Source: a virus. From it: 64,000 bases of DNA. The position numbers and the translations under genes are program-made. Below, one piece after another: positions 9,082 through 19,503 of this stretch (within the stretch, counting starts at the first letter, position 1; the number at the start of each line of letters is the position of its first letter). The stretch lies in IMG/VR virus record IMGVR_UViG_3300045988_168232, positions 46,269 to 110,268 of that record; one strand, written 5' to 3'. The notes below the pieces were generated by a model, which worked only from the letters and a program-made list of their open reading frames with translations, was not told the DNA's origin and ran no database searches.

Positions 9082-10365
9082 ATGGCACAACTTAGTTATA
9101 TTAACACCGGCGTTAAACAGAAACCGGATTTAACCTTTAATATTCCGACTGATGAAAGCGTCGGGGCAATGTTGTTTGATATAAGTGGATTTGATAAACC
9201 CTTTGACGATTATCCATTGCTGTATCATAATTTTAAAGATGGTAAGATTCAATGTGTAAAGAACATGGATGATGCGGTTTTATTGGGTATAGCTAATGAT
9301 GGTTTTATAAATGGTTTATTATATCATCATTTGTCTCAATTTTATGATTTTGTTGGCAGAAATCAAGCTGTATATGTGGCTATTGCTGATTGTTCAAAAG
9401 ATTGGGATATTGTTCAAAATATGCAGCAACAAGTAAGTGGAAGGGTGTTTCAAATAGGAATATGGACATCCCAACCTATATGGAGAATGAAAGATGATAA
9501 TACATTAGGTTTTACTTCTCTGATTACGGATTTACAATTACAAGCTGATGAGATTAATGGTAGGGTTGGCATATCTACGCATACTATGATACCTCTTAAT
9601 ATTATACTTTGCGGAAATAGCTACTATGTAAAAAATGGGGAAGTTAATTATAAAATTCTACCAAATGCAATTGAATTAAATTGCCCAAAGGTTTCAGTGG
9701 TGCTTGCACAAAATGGCTCTCCAGAAGCACATCTGATACAAAAAGACAATCCATTACAAGCTCCAGTAGGTTCATTAGGTTTGATTATGGCATGTTTGGC
9801 ACTTTGTGGAGCTGAAGAAAGTATTGCTTCATTGGACAAATGTGATTTGAATAAAAATGAAGGATTCAACTACCCTGAATGGGGAGTTGGAAATGACGGT
9901 ACTCCGATAGATAGTGTGCATCGTATATGGGCCAATATTATATCATCACGCGGATATATTATACCGGTTGATTACGAGGGTATAGAGGCTTCATATTTTT
10001 TTAGTAGTGACCAGACATTATGTGATGGGGATTTTAGTACGATTGCTAATAATCGGGTCATACATAAATGCAGAAGAGCTGTTTGTACGGCTCTAATACC
10101 ATATGTTAATAGTCATCATATCTATGTACCCGGAACGCATAATATCAGTTCAACATCAATCGCAATCATCACAGATTCTATTAATACTATTTTGGACTCT
10201 GTTATGAGAAATAAGCAGGGGCTTAATCAAATAGATGGCAGAGTCGTGACATTTCTGGAAAATAATGATATTTTGGAAACAGACTCTATCGCAATAAAAA
10301 TGGATATTAAACCAATTAATTATAGCGGATTTATTTCAGAAGAAGTTTCACATGATATAGGATAA
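9082..10365 (+). CDS. tail sheath-like protein (copy 2, paralogue of 6337..7710)
   Basis: Collinear similarity to copy 1: GRVFQIGIWTSQPI vs GGIIYQIGVWTGKPI, and YFFSSDQTLCDGDFSTIANNRVIHKCRRAVCTALIPYVNS vs IFFSSDQTLSIGDYRTIARCRVMHKSRRVVRRALLPRVNS. I moved the start to ATG 9082 because ATG 9040 sits inside a terminator hairpin and a CTATTAT motif lies at 9063. Confidence 0.5.
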   Translation: MAQLSYINTGVKQKPDLTFNIPTDESVGAMLFDISGFDKPFDDYPLLYHNFKDGKIQCVKNMDDAVLLGIANDGFINGLLYHHLSQFYDFVGRNQAVYVAIADCSKDWDIVQNMQQQVSGRVFQIGIWTSQPIWRMKDDNTLGFTSLITDLQLQADEINGRVGISTHTMIPLNIILCGNSYYVKNGEVNYKILPNAIELNCPKVSVVLAQNGSPEAHLIQKDNPLQAPVGSLGLIMACLALCGAEESIASLDKCDLNKNEGFNYPEWGVGNDGTPIDSVHRIWANIISSRGYIIPVDYEGIEASYFFSSDQTLCDGDFSTIANNRVIHKCRRAVCTALIPYVNSHHIYVPGTHNISSTSIAIITDSINTILDSVMRNKQGLNQIDGRVVTFLENNDILETDSIAIKMDIKPINYSGFISEEVSHDIG

Positions 10366-10388
10366 GTATATCATTATAAAAGCATACT

Positions 10389-10417
10389 CCCAAGCCTACA
10401 AGTGACTTGGGTTTTTT
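10389..10417 (+). terminator. rho-independent terminator
   Basis: CCCAAG (10389-10394) pairs with CTTGGG (10406-10411), followed by TTTTTT. Confidence 0.55.
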
Positions 10418-10422
10418 ATACA

Positions 10423-10432
10423 CTATTAATAG
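10423..10432 (+). promoter_or_regulatory. CTATTA motif (variant)
   Basis: CTATTAATAG lies 6 nt after terminator 10389-10417 and 37 nt upstream of ATG 10460. Confidence 0.3.
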
Positions 10433-10459
10433 GTAGTAAAACATTTAATTTTATTACCT

Positions 10460-13400
10460 ATGGCAGATTATAAAGATTATATCGTCAGATATGATATCCA
10501 AGCCGACGTAACAAAAGCCGCAGAAGGACTTCAATCAATCGCAAATATTGCTAAAGAATTTGAGGTTCCAATGAGAGAACTTTCTGCTGCAATCAAACAA
10601 GTAAGCCAGTCGGCATTTCAGTTAAAACAAAACGCAAATATTTCTTTTACGCCTAAAATTGATGTCGGGGCATTCAACAACCAATTACGAAATATGGTTG
10701 TGCAAGTCAGAAGTGCCGCAACCGAAATGCACGCTGCGATATTCGAGGCACTATCTGGAAATGCGCCTGCAACAAAGGCAATGCAAAAAGGCATTGGAAC
10801 AGCTCTTAAAAGCAATAAATCCATTAGTGACTTAAAAAGCGACATAGCTGCTTACAATAAAGAGCTTGATAAACTTTTAGGCACGCCTATTACTAAAAAA
10901 GGAAAGACGATAAGAAATAGGGATGGCGCAATTCAAATGGCTAAAAATGCCAAAATGGATGACCGTGTTATCGAACTGGAGTCTCGTAAGCAAATGCTCC
11001 AGAAGCTTATCAAGCAGAGAAGGGCAGATCTTGCACTTGCTGAACAACTTGAAAAAGAGATTTCTTCTAAACAAGTTAAGACTGATTCCAAAGCTAAATC
11101 ACCAGCAAAAGAGACCACAGTATTAGGCACACAACCAGCTAAACTTACAAATGTCACGCCGGCTGTTATCAGAGAGTGGAAAAAAGTGTTTGGAGATGCT
11201 AAAAGCAAATCTTTGACAGTTAATATCAAAGGGAATGCAGGAGGCGCGAACGGTGCATTAACAATCATCAAACAGATACAATCCTCATTAGAGGCATTGC
11301 AGACAATGGGCACATTCAATATCAATCCGGTATTGAACATAGAGGCTTTTGCTGCTGCTGAAACTCAACTTAAAAGACTTGCGGCATTAAGTTCTTCCGT
11401 TACAGCCCCTTTTATCGCAAAAGACGAAAATGCACAAGGAGCAAAATTAGGTAGCCCAACAACGTCACTGACAAAAGATGAAAAGAACAAACTCTCTGAG
11501 GCAAAGAGGCAGATTAAAACATGGAATGAAAAGATAGCTGGTGTTCAGTCCAGACTTCATGCGAATAAAGAAAAATATGAGCAAGCACCCACTCCAGGAT
11601 TAAAAGGACAGATAACACGTGATACAAAAACGCTTGAAAAATATCAAGTCAATAGAGCGGCGCAAGAAGATGTTGTAAAAAGTCTTCAAGGCAAAACCGC
11701 TACTGCTGTTCAATCCGCTACCAAAGGGGTGAAACCGTTATCCATTGATATTATAGGGAACTTAAAGGGGGTTAATGTCACTGGAAAAACACCTGTAGTG
11801 CCCATAATTGGAGAGCTTACAAAAATACAGGGTAAGATTACCGAAACCATCCCGGTCAATGTTAAAATTATGGCTGATCAGGTGGCTGCATCCATTAAGT
11901 CTATACCCACTCCAACATTAAATGTCAATGTACGCCTGAATACAGAGGGGATTGCGCAACAGTTGCAGACAGTTGCTGCAAAACCAAAATCAGTAACAAA
12001 ACCTGAGACCAAAACGGAAACCGTTCCTGTGAAAGGAATTGGTGCTAAATCTAAAACACAGTTTCCTAAAAGTACAACTTTAATAACAGGTGATATTGAT
12101 ACTAAAAATATCGTCAACCAAATAAAAAATATTCCACGTCAAATGATTCCGATAGCGGTAAAATTGATGTGGGAAAAAGGTGCTGTTGGCAGACAAGAGC
12201 AATTGAAAAATCTTGCAACTAAAATTCCACCTGTAACAATTGCTCTTGATACCAAAGCAGCTATTGCAAAATTTGAAGAATTTATAGCCCTTATTAAATC
12301 AAACAGCATTCAAAACATACAAATTACTGCAAGCGGTAATACCTCAAATGCAATTACAAAGGCGGTCACTTCTGCATCAGCATCTTCTACATCGGTTATT
12401 GCCGGTGGAAACAATAATGTTACTGCAAAAAACAAATCTCTGACAGCACAAGACAGGTATGCAAAATTAAAAGAGAATGCTGTAAAAAATGCAGAAAAAG
12501 CCAAAGCCGGTGGAAAGCAAATGGTTCTGAAAGGGCAAGAGGTTAGAGCCAAAGAACAAGCATGGTATGCTCAACAGCAAGCTATGTACAATCGTTTATT
12601 TGAGGCTGTTCCTAAACCTGATTACGGGTGGTTACAACGACAAGAAACACAAAGAGCTTCAGAATTGCTCAAAATGCGTGAAGATGCAACCGCTGCATTT
12701 GCTAATCCGACACCTTTTGAACGAAAGGAAGCGGCATCTCATAAAGAAACAGTTTCAAGTAGTATAACCAGACACCAGCAAAAAGCTGAAAGACTTAGAG
12801 CGCAAGCTTATAATTCAATGTTGCCGTTTGCTCAAAACAAAGAGCAGGCAAATATGATGGCTAAGCACCGCAAATATTTTAGACAGGCTGTTACAACTAC
12901 TGGCATTACACCTACACAAGGAATGGACGCATCTCAAATGCTGAAATACTTACAAGGCGTATCAAGTCAAATGCAGTCATCCAGTGTAGCTGTTCCATGG
13001 CAATTGCAAAATCAAATAAATAAACTGGAAGGGCAGATTGCAAAATCAAAAGGTATTATGAGTGGCGGTTCTACGCATAGAACTTCTGTAACACCGGTTA
13101 ATAGTCAAAAAACATTTTTTGACCAGTCTCGTAAATGGGCTTATCCGTTTACTGGGCAAACTTCATTCGGTGCCCGTACCCCTATGGCTGTAGATATGGC
13201 TAAAGGTGCAGGTGTGATGTTTGCTGTTGGAGGTGCTATGTCCGCAATAAGTGGGGCATTCAACGAAGCTGTAGAGTATCAAAATACCATGCGTACAACA
13301 CAGTCTATTCTTAAACATGGTACAGATTCATATACTAAAGACTCGTTTAAGAATATGGAGCGTACAGTGCGTGACGTAGGTGTAAAAACCAAGTTCTCAT

Positions 13401-16400
13401 CTTCTGAAGTTGCTGATGCTGCCAAGTTCCTTGCAATGGCTGGTTATGATATTGAAGCTATCAATGCAGCCATTGCGCCAATTGCAGACTTAGCCCTTAT
13501 CGGAGATTCTGATTTGGGTGAGACAGCTGATAAGATGACCAACATTATGACAACATTTCAAATTTCCCCCAACAGAATGAGGGAAGCTGCAAATATCATG
13601 GCTACAACTGCAACCAGATCAAATACAGACCTGATGATGTTGGCTGAATCAGCCAAATACGGTGGTGGTGTTGCGAACATGTATGGCAGAAATGACCCAA
13701 ATCTTTTTGGGGATACGATGGCTTTGTTTGGAGTTATGGGTAATGCTGGTATCCAAGCATCTTCAGCAGGTACTGCGTTAAGAATGATGTATATGAACTT
13801 GTTTAATCCCAACAATAAACAGAAAGCGCTTCTTGATATGCTTGAAAGCACATACAATATCAAACGCTTTAAAGATAACGGAGAATATCGTGCAATGTCT
13901 GATATTTTGATAGACATGGCACAGAGAATACCCGAAAACAAAATGGCTGATGTTGTTGGCAAATTGTTCCGTATCACAGCACAACCTGGAGCAAATGCAA
14001 CTTTAATTGCGGCAGCTGGAGGGGAATTGAACAACGAGCAAGAAATCGTGTCTGGCTTCAATAGCGTTGGAGACAAGATACTTAAAGAAGGTCTTGGACC
14101 ACTGATTTCATTGATGAAAGCAAATCGTGAGTCTATAAATGGAAATATTTCCGGAGATATAGCTGGCTCCAAACAGAACACGCTCAAGGGATTGTGGGCA
14201 CAGGTTACATCCACTTTTGAAGAAGGGGTTCTTGTTACTCTTGAAAACCGGCAGGGTGAATTTGAAAACATGCTCAAACAGTTAAGTGAATATTTTGCAA
14301 AGCCTGAAACCATACAAATGATGCAAAATCTCATTGACATGATTGTTGATATAGGTAAGGTTATGGCTGGATTTGTGAAGATATGGGCAGAATTGTATAA
14401 TATGGCCCCTGGATTGATAAAATTATGGGTAACTACGCAAATGCTCTTTACACAAATAGGAACATTGATCTCTCCAATCATATCATTAATAGGTGTTTTC
14501 AATAGACTTGGTGGGGTTATTGCAAAGCTTTCAGGAGTGTCTATGGTCGGAAGCATAGCACTTGGAAAAACAACATCTGGCAGAATGATTACAAATTCCG
14601 CTTTGCTTGGAGCACCGTTTGCTGTTGGTGGGTCTAATGTTATTCGAGGAAACGCAGCTGTAAGAGCAAATAGAGAATTGGCATCCAATGCTGTATTGGC
14701 TGGAGAACTTGCACTTAGTGGGGCTTCAAAAAGAGATACACTTGATGCTCTTAATAATGAAACACGACAGCATTATGCTGAAGTGCGCAAACGTGCAAAC
14801 AGAATATATGGTACGGCACGAGCTGGAAGAGCCTTTAGAGCAGCTGCAACAGCTGTACCTACAATGGCTGCATTTGCTCCAATGATGACAGGAGTTAAGA
14901 GTATGTTTGTCGGTCTTCTTACTTCATTGGCAAAAGCTATAGGATTTCTTGTAAATCCGATAACATTGGTTGTAGGAGCATTAGGTGCTCTTGGATTTGG
15001 TGTATACAAATTGTTCCAGTTCGTAAATGGCAATACTGAATCTCAAATATTGGCTCAGCAAGAAATGGCTAAACGTTCTGCTGAAGCAACTAGTGCTATG
15101 ATTAACAATAGTCAATGGTATAAAGAGCAATTGAATAAATTTAAGAATCCGGCACAGCAACTTGAATCAGTTGGAAAGTCCAGGAAACAACTTGAATATG
15201 AAGAAAATGCTAATAGATTCAAAAGTGAAAACGCTGATATATTTGCAGATTTGTCTAAGAATGCGAGTTATAAGGGAATAGATCAGCAAGTTTCAAGTTG
15301 GCGTGAAAGATTTAATAATAACCCTCTTTATAAATTTGCCATAGGAAAAGACTATGATAAATTTGTTGGAGATGGATTGACTAAAGACAATTCTCAGTTA
15401 CAATACACTGGCACTGATGCGGATGGTGGTATAGCTTTATATAATCTATTATTTGGGGCAAAGAATAAAGCGAAATTTGTTCAAAATAATCAGATTCAGG
15501 CGGCGTTAAGAACAGCTGGTGCCAATCATCCGATTATACAGAATGCCAATGAGCAAATTGCTAATCTACGTCAACAATTTTTTGATGGAACTATCAATGA
15601 AGATGAGTATTATAAGCAAGCATATAAAATTCGTGATAGTATTGTAAATCTGAATAACCCTAAACTTCGTTCATCTGCCGGAATGACACTTGAACAGTTT
15701 AATGGTATTTCAGACCCAAGTATCTATCGTGAGTATGCAATAGGTCAGTATAATATTATCAATTCTTTTATTAATGGTGAGTATGGGTCATTAGTTGGAA
15801 AGATTAATGCTTATAAAGAACTTAGAGATGGAATTGAAGCTTATTCAAATAAATGGTGGAATGCAATAAGTAATGTTATTGGCGATTTTCCCTTAATGTG
15901 GAATGCCATTTCTACTGATGGGAAACAATCTGCTAAAATTGAATTGTCATTATCCATGCTTCCTGACGGAAAGATAGATCATAACAATATAGTTAAACAG
16001 ATAGAGGAAAAAGTTGGTGCGTTCAATAAGAACATACAAGACTTTGCAAACATGTATGCTAAAGTTTATATGATGATGGCTGAAGCAGGTCTTGTTCCAA
16101 AGGATAAAGAAAACGCTCAGAAATGGACATTACAACAGCTACAGAATCAGCAGATTTCAGCTGAAGATGCTGCATCATTCTATCATAATAATGTTTCAGA
16201 TAGTTCTGTTTTGAAGAAATATGGAGTAACTGTTGAGGAATATCAGAAATATATAGCTAATCCAAATGGGAAATTGACAATTAATGGCAAAGCCTATTCT
16301 GCGGTCAACGATGTAAAATATATACGTAAAACTTTAGCAAACCAAGCTGTTGATAAAATATTGGGTGGGGTACCTGAATTTAATGGAAATGGACCACTTT

Positions 16401-16696
16401 TACTAGGGGGACAAAACAATGGAAATGACAATGTGAATGCTCAAACGAATAAGACTACAACGCCTAATGTTACAAATCAAAATGAGTATGCTTCAAAATA
16501 TGAGCGTTCGTCTGCCAAACCTACACAAATAAACATCCATATTAATGAGCTGGCTCACTTTGACCGCACAACAGTAGCTTCAAGTGCTGAAGAACGAGAT
16601 TTGGTTGAATCAATGGAGTCTAAAATCGCTGAAGCTGTATATAGAATATTTGCTGAAGCCTCTAACCATGCGCAAAGTACTATTGATTTAACATAA
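10460..16696 (+). CDS. tail tape measure protein (2078 aa)
   Basis: A very long ORF downstream of the tube and chaperone. It has a coiled-coil N-terminal half and a TMP core-like segment (FSSSEVADAAKFLAMAGYDIEAINAAIAPIADLALIGDSDLGETADKMTNIMTTFQI). Gly/Ala-rich hydrophobic stretches follow. Confidence 0.9.
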   Translation: MADYKDYIVRYDIQADVTKAAEGLQSIANIAKEFEVPMRELSAAIKQVSQSAFQLKQNANISFTPKIDVGAFNNQLRNMVVQVRSAATEMHAAIFEALSGNAPATKAMQKGIGTALKSNKSISDLKSDIAAYNKELDKLLGTPITKKGKTIRNRDGAIQMAKNAKMDDRVIELESRKQMLQKLIKQRRADLALAEQLEKEISSKQVKTDSKAKSPAKETTVLGTQPAKLTNVTPAVIREWKKVFGDAKSKSLTVNIKGNAGGANGALTIIKQIQSSLEALQTMGTFNINPVLNIEAFAAAETQLKRLAALSSSVTAPFIAKDENAQGAKLGSPTTSLTKDEKNKLSEAKRQIKTWNEKIAGVQSRLHANKEKYEQAPTPGLKGQITRDTKTLEKYQVNRAAQEDVVKSLQGKTATAVQSATKGVKPLSIDIIGNLKGVNVTGKTPVVPIIGELTKIQGKITETIPVNVKIMADQVAASIKSIPTPTLNVNVRLNTEGIAQQLQTVAAKPKSVTKPETKTETVPVKGIGAKSKTQFPKSTTLITGDIDTKNIVNQIKNIPRQMIPIAVKLMWEKGAVGRQEQLKNLATKIPPVTIALDTKAAIAKFEEFIALIKSNSIQNIQITASGNTSNAITKAVTSASASSTSVIAGGNNNVTAKNKSLTAQDRYAKLKENAVKNAEKAKAGGKQMVLKGQEVRAKEQAWYAQQQAMYNRLFEAVPKPDYGWLQRQETQRASELLKMREDATAAFANPTPFERKEAASHKETVSSSITRHQQKAERLRAQAYNSMLPFAQNKEQANMMAKHRKYFRQAVTTTGITPTQGMDASQMLKYLQGVSSQMQSSSVAVPWQLQNQINKLEGQIAKSKGIMSGGSTHRTSVTPVNSQKTFFDQSRKWAYPFTGQTSFGARTPMAVDMAKGAGVMFAVGGAMSAISGAFNEAVEYQNTMRTTQSILKHGTDSYTKDSFKNMERTVRDVGVKTKFSSSEVADAAKFLAMAGYDIEAINAAIAPIADLALIGDSDLGETADKMTNIMTTFQISPNRMREAANIMATTATRSNTDLMMLAESAKYGGGVANMYGRNDPNLFGDTMALFGVMGNAGIQASSAGTALRMMYMNLFNPNNKQKALLDMLESTYNIKRFKDNGEYRAMSDILIDMAQRIPENKMADVVGKLFRITAQPGANATLIAAAGGELNNEQEIVSGFNSVGDKILKEGLGPLISLMKANRESINGNISGDIAGSKQNTLKGLWAQVTSTFEEGVLVTLENRQGEFENMLKQLSEYFAKPETIQMMQNLIDMIVDIGKVMAGFVKIWAELYNMAPGLIKLWVTTQMLFTQIGTLISPIISLIGVFNRLGGVIAKLSGVSMVGSIALGKTTSGRMITNSALLGAPFAVGGSNVIRGNAAVRANRELASNAVLAGELALSGASKRDTLDALNNETRQHYAEVRKRANRIYGTARAGRAFRAAATAVPTMAAFAPMMTGVKSMFVGLLTSLAKAIGFLVNPITLVVGALGALGFGVYKLFQFVNGNTESQILAQQEMAKRSAEATSAMINNSQWYKEQLNKFKNPAQQLESVGKSRKQLEYEENANRFKSENADIFADLSKNASYKGIDQQVSSWRERFNNNPLYKFAIGKDYDKFVGDGLTKDNSQLQYTGTDADGGIALYNLLFGAKNKAKFVQNNQIQAALRTAGANHPIIQNANEQIANLRQQFFDGTINEDEYYKQAYKIRDSIVNLNNPKLRSSAGMTLEQFNGISDPSIYREYAIGQYNIINSFINGEYGSLVGKINAYKELRDGIEAYSNKWWNAISNVIGDFPLMWNAISTDGKQSAKIELSLSMLPDGKIDHNNIVKQIEEKVGAFNKNIQDFANMYAKVYMMMAEAGLVPKDKENAQKWTLQQLQNQQISAEDAASFYHNNVSDSSVLKKYGVTVEEYQKYIANPNGKLTINGKAYSAVNDVKYIRKTLANQAVDKILGGVPEFNGNGPLLLGGQNNGNDNVNAQTNKTTTPNVTNQNEYASKYERSSAKPTQINIHINELAHFDRTTVASSAEERDLVESMESKIAEAVYRIFAEASNHAQSTIDLT

Positions 16697-16754
16697 AAAT
16701 AAGTCTCCGATTACTAATAATTGATTGGAAAAGGGGGCTTTTCAAATTTACAAA

Positions 16755-16764
16755 CTATTATAAG
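16755..16764 (+). promoter_or_regulatory. CTATTAT...AAG motif
   Basis: CTATTATAAG lies only 12 nt upstream of ATG 16767. Confidence 0.35.
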
Positions 16765-16766
16765 AC

Positions 16767-17843
16767 ATGAGTAGCTTAAATAATCTTGCAATTACAGCCA
16801 CAAACAGCGCAATGACCTCGGCTATGGGGGCGATGTTTAATACTTTGCAAAGTAAAATAGCAAATGGTGGCAGGGATAGGAACTGTAAGTTCTACTATAA
16901 TGACGGCGCCGGTGGTTCTATTTTACAAGTAGCCGTTAAAGGTGCTGTGGGAGGCGCTGTGTCCGCACTTAAAAATGAAGCGGTAAACGCATTTAACTCA
17001 TTATTAAATGGGAAACGTACCAAAAGTAATATAGGATCAGCATGGATAGAATCTGAACTTAAAAAACAGGAAGAAGAAGCCAAGGAATATGGCATGATGC
17101 AAGTTGATGGTGGAACTATTTACGCACTTGACGACTGGGGATGCAAATCTCCAGAAGCCTTGATGCTTGGTATTGAATTGGATCAAAGTATCACAGTGAC
17201 TCAAAAATTTCCAGTATATCGTACACAAGTGATTGATGCAAAAAATGGCATATATAAAGAACAAGAACCTAATACGATTAATAATGTGGTGACTACTAAA
17301 ACTTTAGTGTGGTATGATACAACAGCTCTTATAACAATCAATTCAGATAAAAACTTAATTGCTACACGTGTTCAGGGGCGTGACTATAGTAGAAAGGAGT
17401 TAGTTTCTAATGGTGATATTAAATTCTCTGTTAGTGGGCAAATCACAAGTGGGAAACCTGATATTTATCCATCTGAGGAGGTAAAGAAATTTATCAAAGT
17501 TATGCAATACAAAGGCATTATCAAAATAAACAATCAGATACTTGACCAATTTGGCATTAGTCATATTGTAATAACAAATTTCAATATGCCACCAAGACAA
17601 GGATATAAGGCTCTTCAACAATACTCTTTTTCAGCTATAGGATTACAACCTGAAAAAGATATTGAGATTTCAGAAGATACGATATCAATCATACCTCAAA
17701 AAGCTGTGGCTGACAAAGAGGATGATGGTAGTGAATGGATGAAGATGTTAAATAACCAATTAGAAGGACTGAAGTCTATGGCTGCTGACGTATTTAGTCA
17801 GGGGGCGGGACTTGCAGCTGGAATGTTGGAAAATAAATTATAA
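16767..17843 (+). CDS. tail/baseplate protein (unassigned)
   Basis: A 358-aa ORF immediately after the tape measure. No motif recognised. Confidence 0.45.
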   Translation: MSSLNNLAITATNSAMTSAMGAMFNTLQSKIANGGRDRNCKFYYNDGAGGSILQVAVKGAVGGAVSALKNEAVNAFNSLLNGKRTKSNIGSAWIESELKKQEEEAKEYGMMQVDGGTIYALDDWGCKSPEALMLGIELDQSITVTQKFPVYRTQVIDAKNGIYKEQEPNTINNVVTTKTLVWYDTTALITINSDKNLIATRVQGRDYSRKELVSNGDIKFSVSGQITSGKPDIYPSEEVKKFIKVMQYKGIIKINNQILDQFGISHIVITNFNMPPRQGYKALQQYSFSAIGLQPEKDIEISEDTISIIPQKAVADKEDDGSEWMKMLNNQLEGLKSMAADVFSQGAGLAAGMLENKL

Positions 17844-17846
17844 CTT

Positions 17847-19496
17847 ATGGCAACAGATTCAACATCATTAAGAACACAACGTCCTGATATAGTTCAAAAA
17901 ATAGACTATACTTTAACACCTCAATATTATGAGCATAAAGCGTATGAGGATAAGTTGGCGATACTTGTTTGTCAAATTAAGATATGGAAAGCCAATGGCA
18001 CAGATTGGTTTTCCATTCCTTCCGCAAATCAATGTTTGACTATCCGGGAATGTGAAAGTATTGAAATATCAGATTCATCCAAGGAATTGATAAATAAAGC
18101 TACTGTCAGGTTTCCAAGAGGTACAGTAATTAGTCTGTCAAGTAAAAAAGATAAAAGTGTCAAAAGTGGGAGTAAAGAGGATTCAACTGAAAAAACGAAT
18201 AATCTAAAAGACACTAATAATGATGGTGATGTCACAAGCACATCTACAGCACAATTTAGCGATGATGGAGTTTCAACCACTTCTATGGCTGTTAACTATG
18301 ATGATAAGGGGTTAATAGATTTTAATCGCTCAAAAACAGAAAAAGCATTGTTAAGTCCTAATGATGTTGCTGTTGGAAATCGCATTGAAATTAGGCTTGG
18401 GTATGCTTATTCTGAAACTGAGTTCAATAAAATGAATGTGGCAGATAATGACCCGAATATGAATGTAGCCTTTACTGGATTTATCACAGCTATTTCTGTA
18501 GATACTCCACTGGAATTGGAATGCACTAATATGGCACATGTCTTAACTGCGGTTAGCACACCTAACATTTCAGAAAAGGCAACTTTATTTGTTAAAGATT
18601 TTTTGGATGATAACGGAAAATATCATCTTCTAAAAGGAACTGGCATACCATTAGCTAATTCCAGCAAAAATTCAATTATCTCAGTAAGTGGCGGATCCAT
18701 CAGTAATAATTTAACTGTTGCAGATGTCCTTTCTGAATGGAATAAAAGTGGAGTACTATGTATTATGGAAACCAAATCTGATGGCAGTGTACAACTTCGA
18801 GTTGGATTAACATATTATGCAGGAAAAGGCGGTGGAAAATTACCTAATAATGATAAAAAGTACATCACATATAATGGTGGAAACAATTCTGTCATGCTTA
18901 TTCAGTTTGACTGGGATGTGGCGCAAGATAAATTGAGTTTAAAAAGAAATGACAAAAAGTATCTTGCGGTTGAAGCACAAGGGCGGACAAAGGATAACCA
19001 ATTTTTTAAACTCACGATACGGAAGAATCCAAATCCAGATGATGAAGGGTGGATGATAGACTTTGACGGTCAATTTCAAGTAATCAATCGTCGTAAAGTT
19101 AAAAACAGAAAAAAGATGAAATATGTCAATGGCACATTTAGCACCAAGATGATTGAGGGACACTTGACAGATCCGGTAAAGTTAGATAAATACAATGTTA
19201 TTCACTATCTATCTACAAAAATTGGCATTACTGAAGAAGAATTGATTGAAGAGGCAAAACAATATTGGGCCAATTACAATCCTAACGGTATATCAGGTTC
19301 CTTAGTGATTTTTGGAGATTTGTTTATTAAACCAACTGATATAGTCGGGCTTGTTGATGTTCGTCAACCAGAAAAGAATGGGTATTATTACGTCGAATCT
19401 GTCAATACTACATTCGGTATAAATGGATATAGACGTGAACTTAAAATACCATTCAAAATAGCCTCATTTGCAAAACCAGTTCAAATCATAAAATAA
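17847..19496 (+). CDS. baseplate hub protein, P2 gpD / Mu gpP-like (tentative)
   Basis: A 549-aa ORF two genes after the TMP. The C-terminal GYYYVESVNTTFGINGYRRELKI resembles the gpD-family C-terminus as I recall it. Confidence 0.4.
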   Translation: MATDSTSLRTQRPDIVQKIDYTLTPQYYEHKAYEDKLAILVCQIKIWKANGTDWFSIPSANQCLTIRECESIEISDSSKELINKATVRFPRGTVISLSSKKDKSVKSGSKEDSTEKTNNLKDTNNDGDVTSTSTAQFSDDGVSTTSMAVNYDDKGLIDFNRSKTEKALLSPNDVAVGNRIEIRLGYAYSETEFNKMNVADNDPNMNVAFTGFITAISVDTPLELECTNMAHVLTAVSTPNISEKATLFVKDFLDDNGKYHLLKGTGIPLANSSKNSIISVSGGSISNNLTVADVLSEWNKSGVLCIMETKSDGSVQLRVGLTYYAGKGGGKLPNNDKKYITYNGGNNSVMLIQFDWDVAQDKLSLKRNDKKYLAVEAQGRTKDNQFFKLTIRKNPNPDDEGWMIDFDGQFQVINRRKVKNRKKMKYVNGTFSTKMIEGHLTDPVKLDKYNVIHYLSTKIGITEEELIEEAKQYWANYNPNGISGSLVIFGDLFIKPTDIVGLVDVRQPEKNGYYYVESVNTTFGINGYRRELKIPFKIASFAKPVQIIK

Positions 19497-19503
19497 AATA
19501 GAT

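Noticed and set aside
13558-14688. A 376-aa ORF on the minus strand inside the tape measure gene.
   Set aside because: It lies entirely antisense to a 2078-aa ORF that carries tape-measure core motifs. Its product is low-complexity (S/P/I/A-rich) with no motif. It is most likely a stop-free antisense frame produced by the codon bias of the sense gene.
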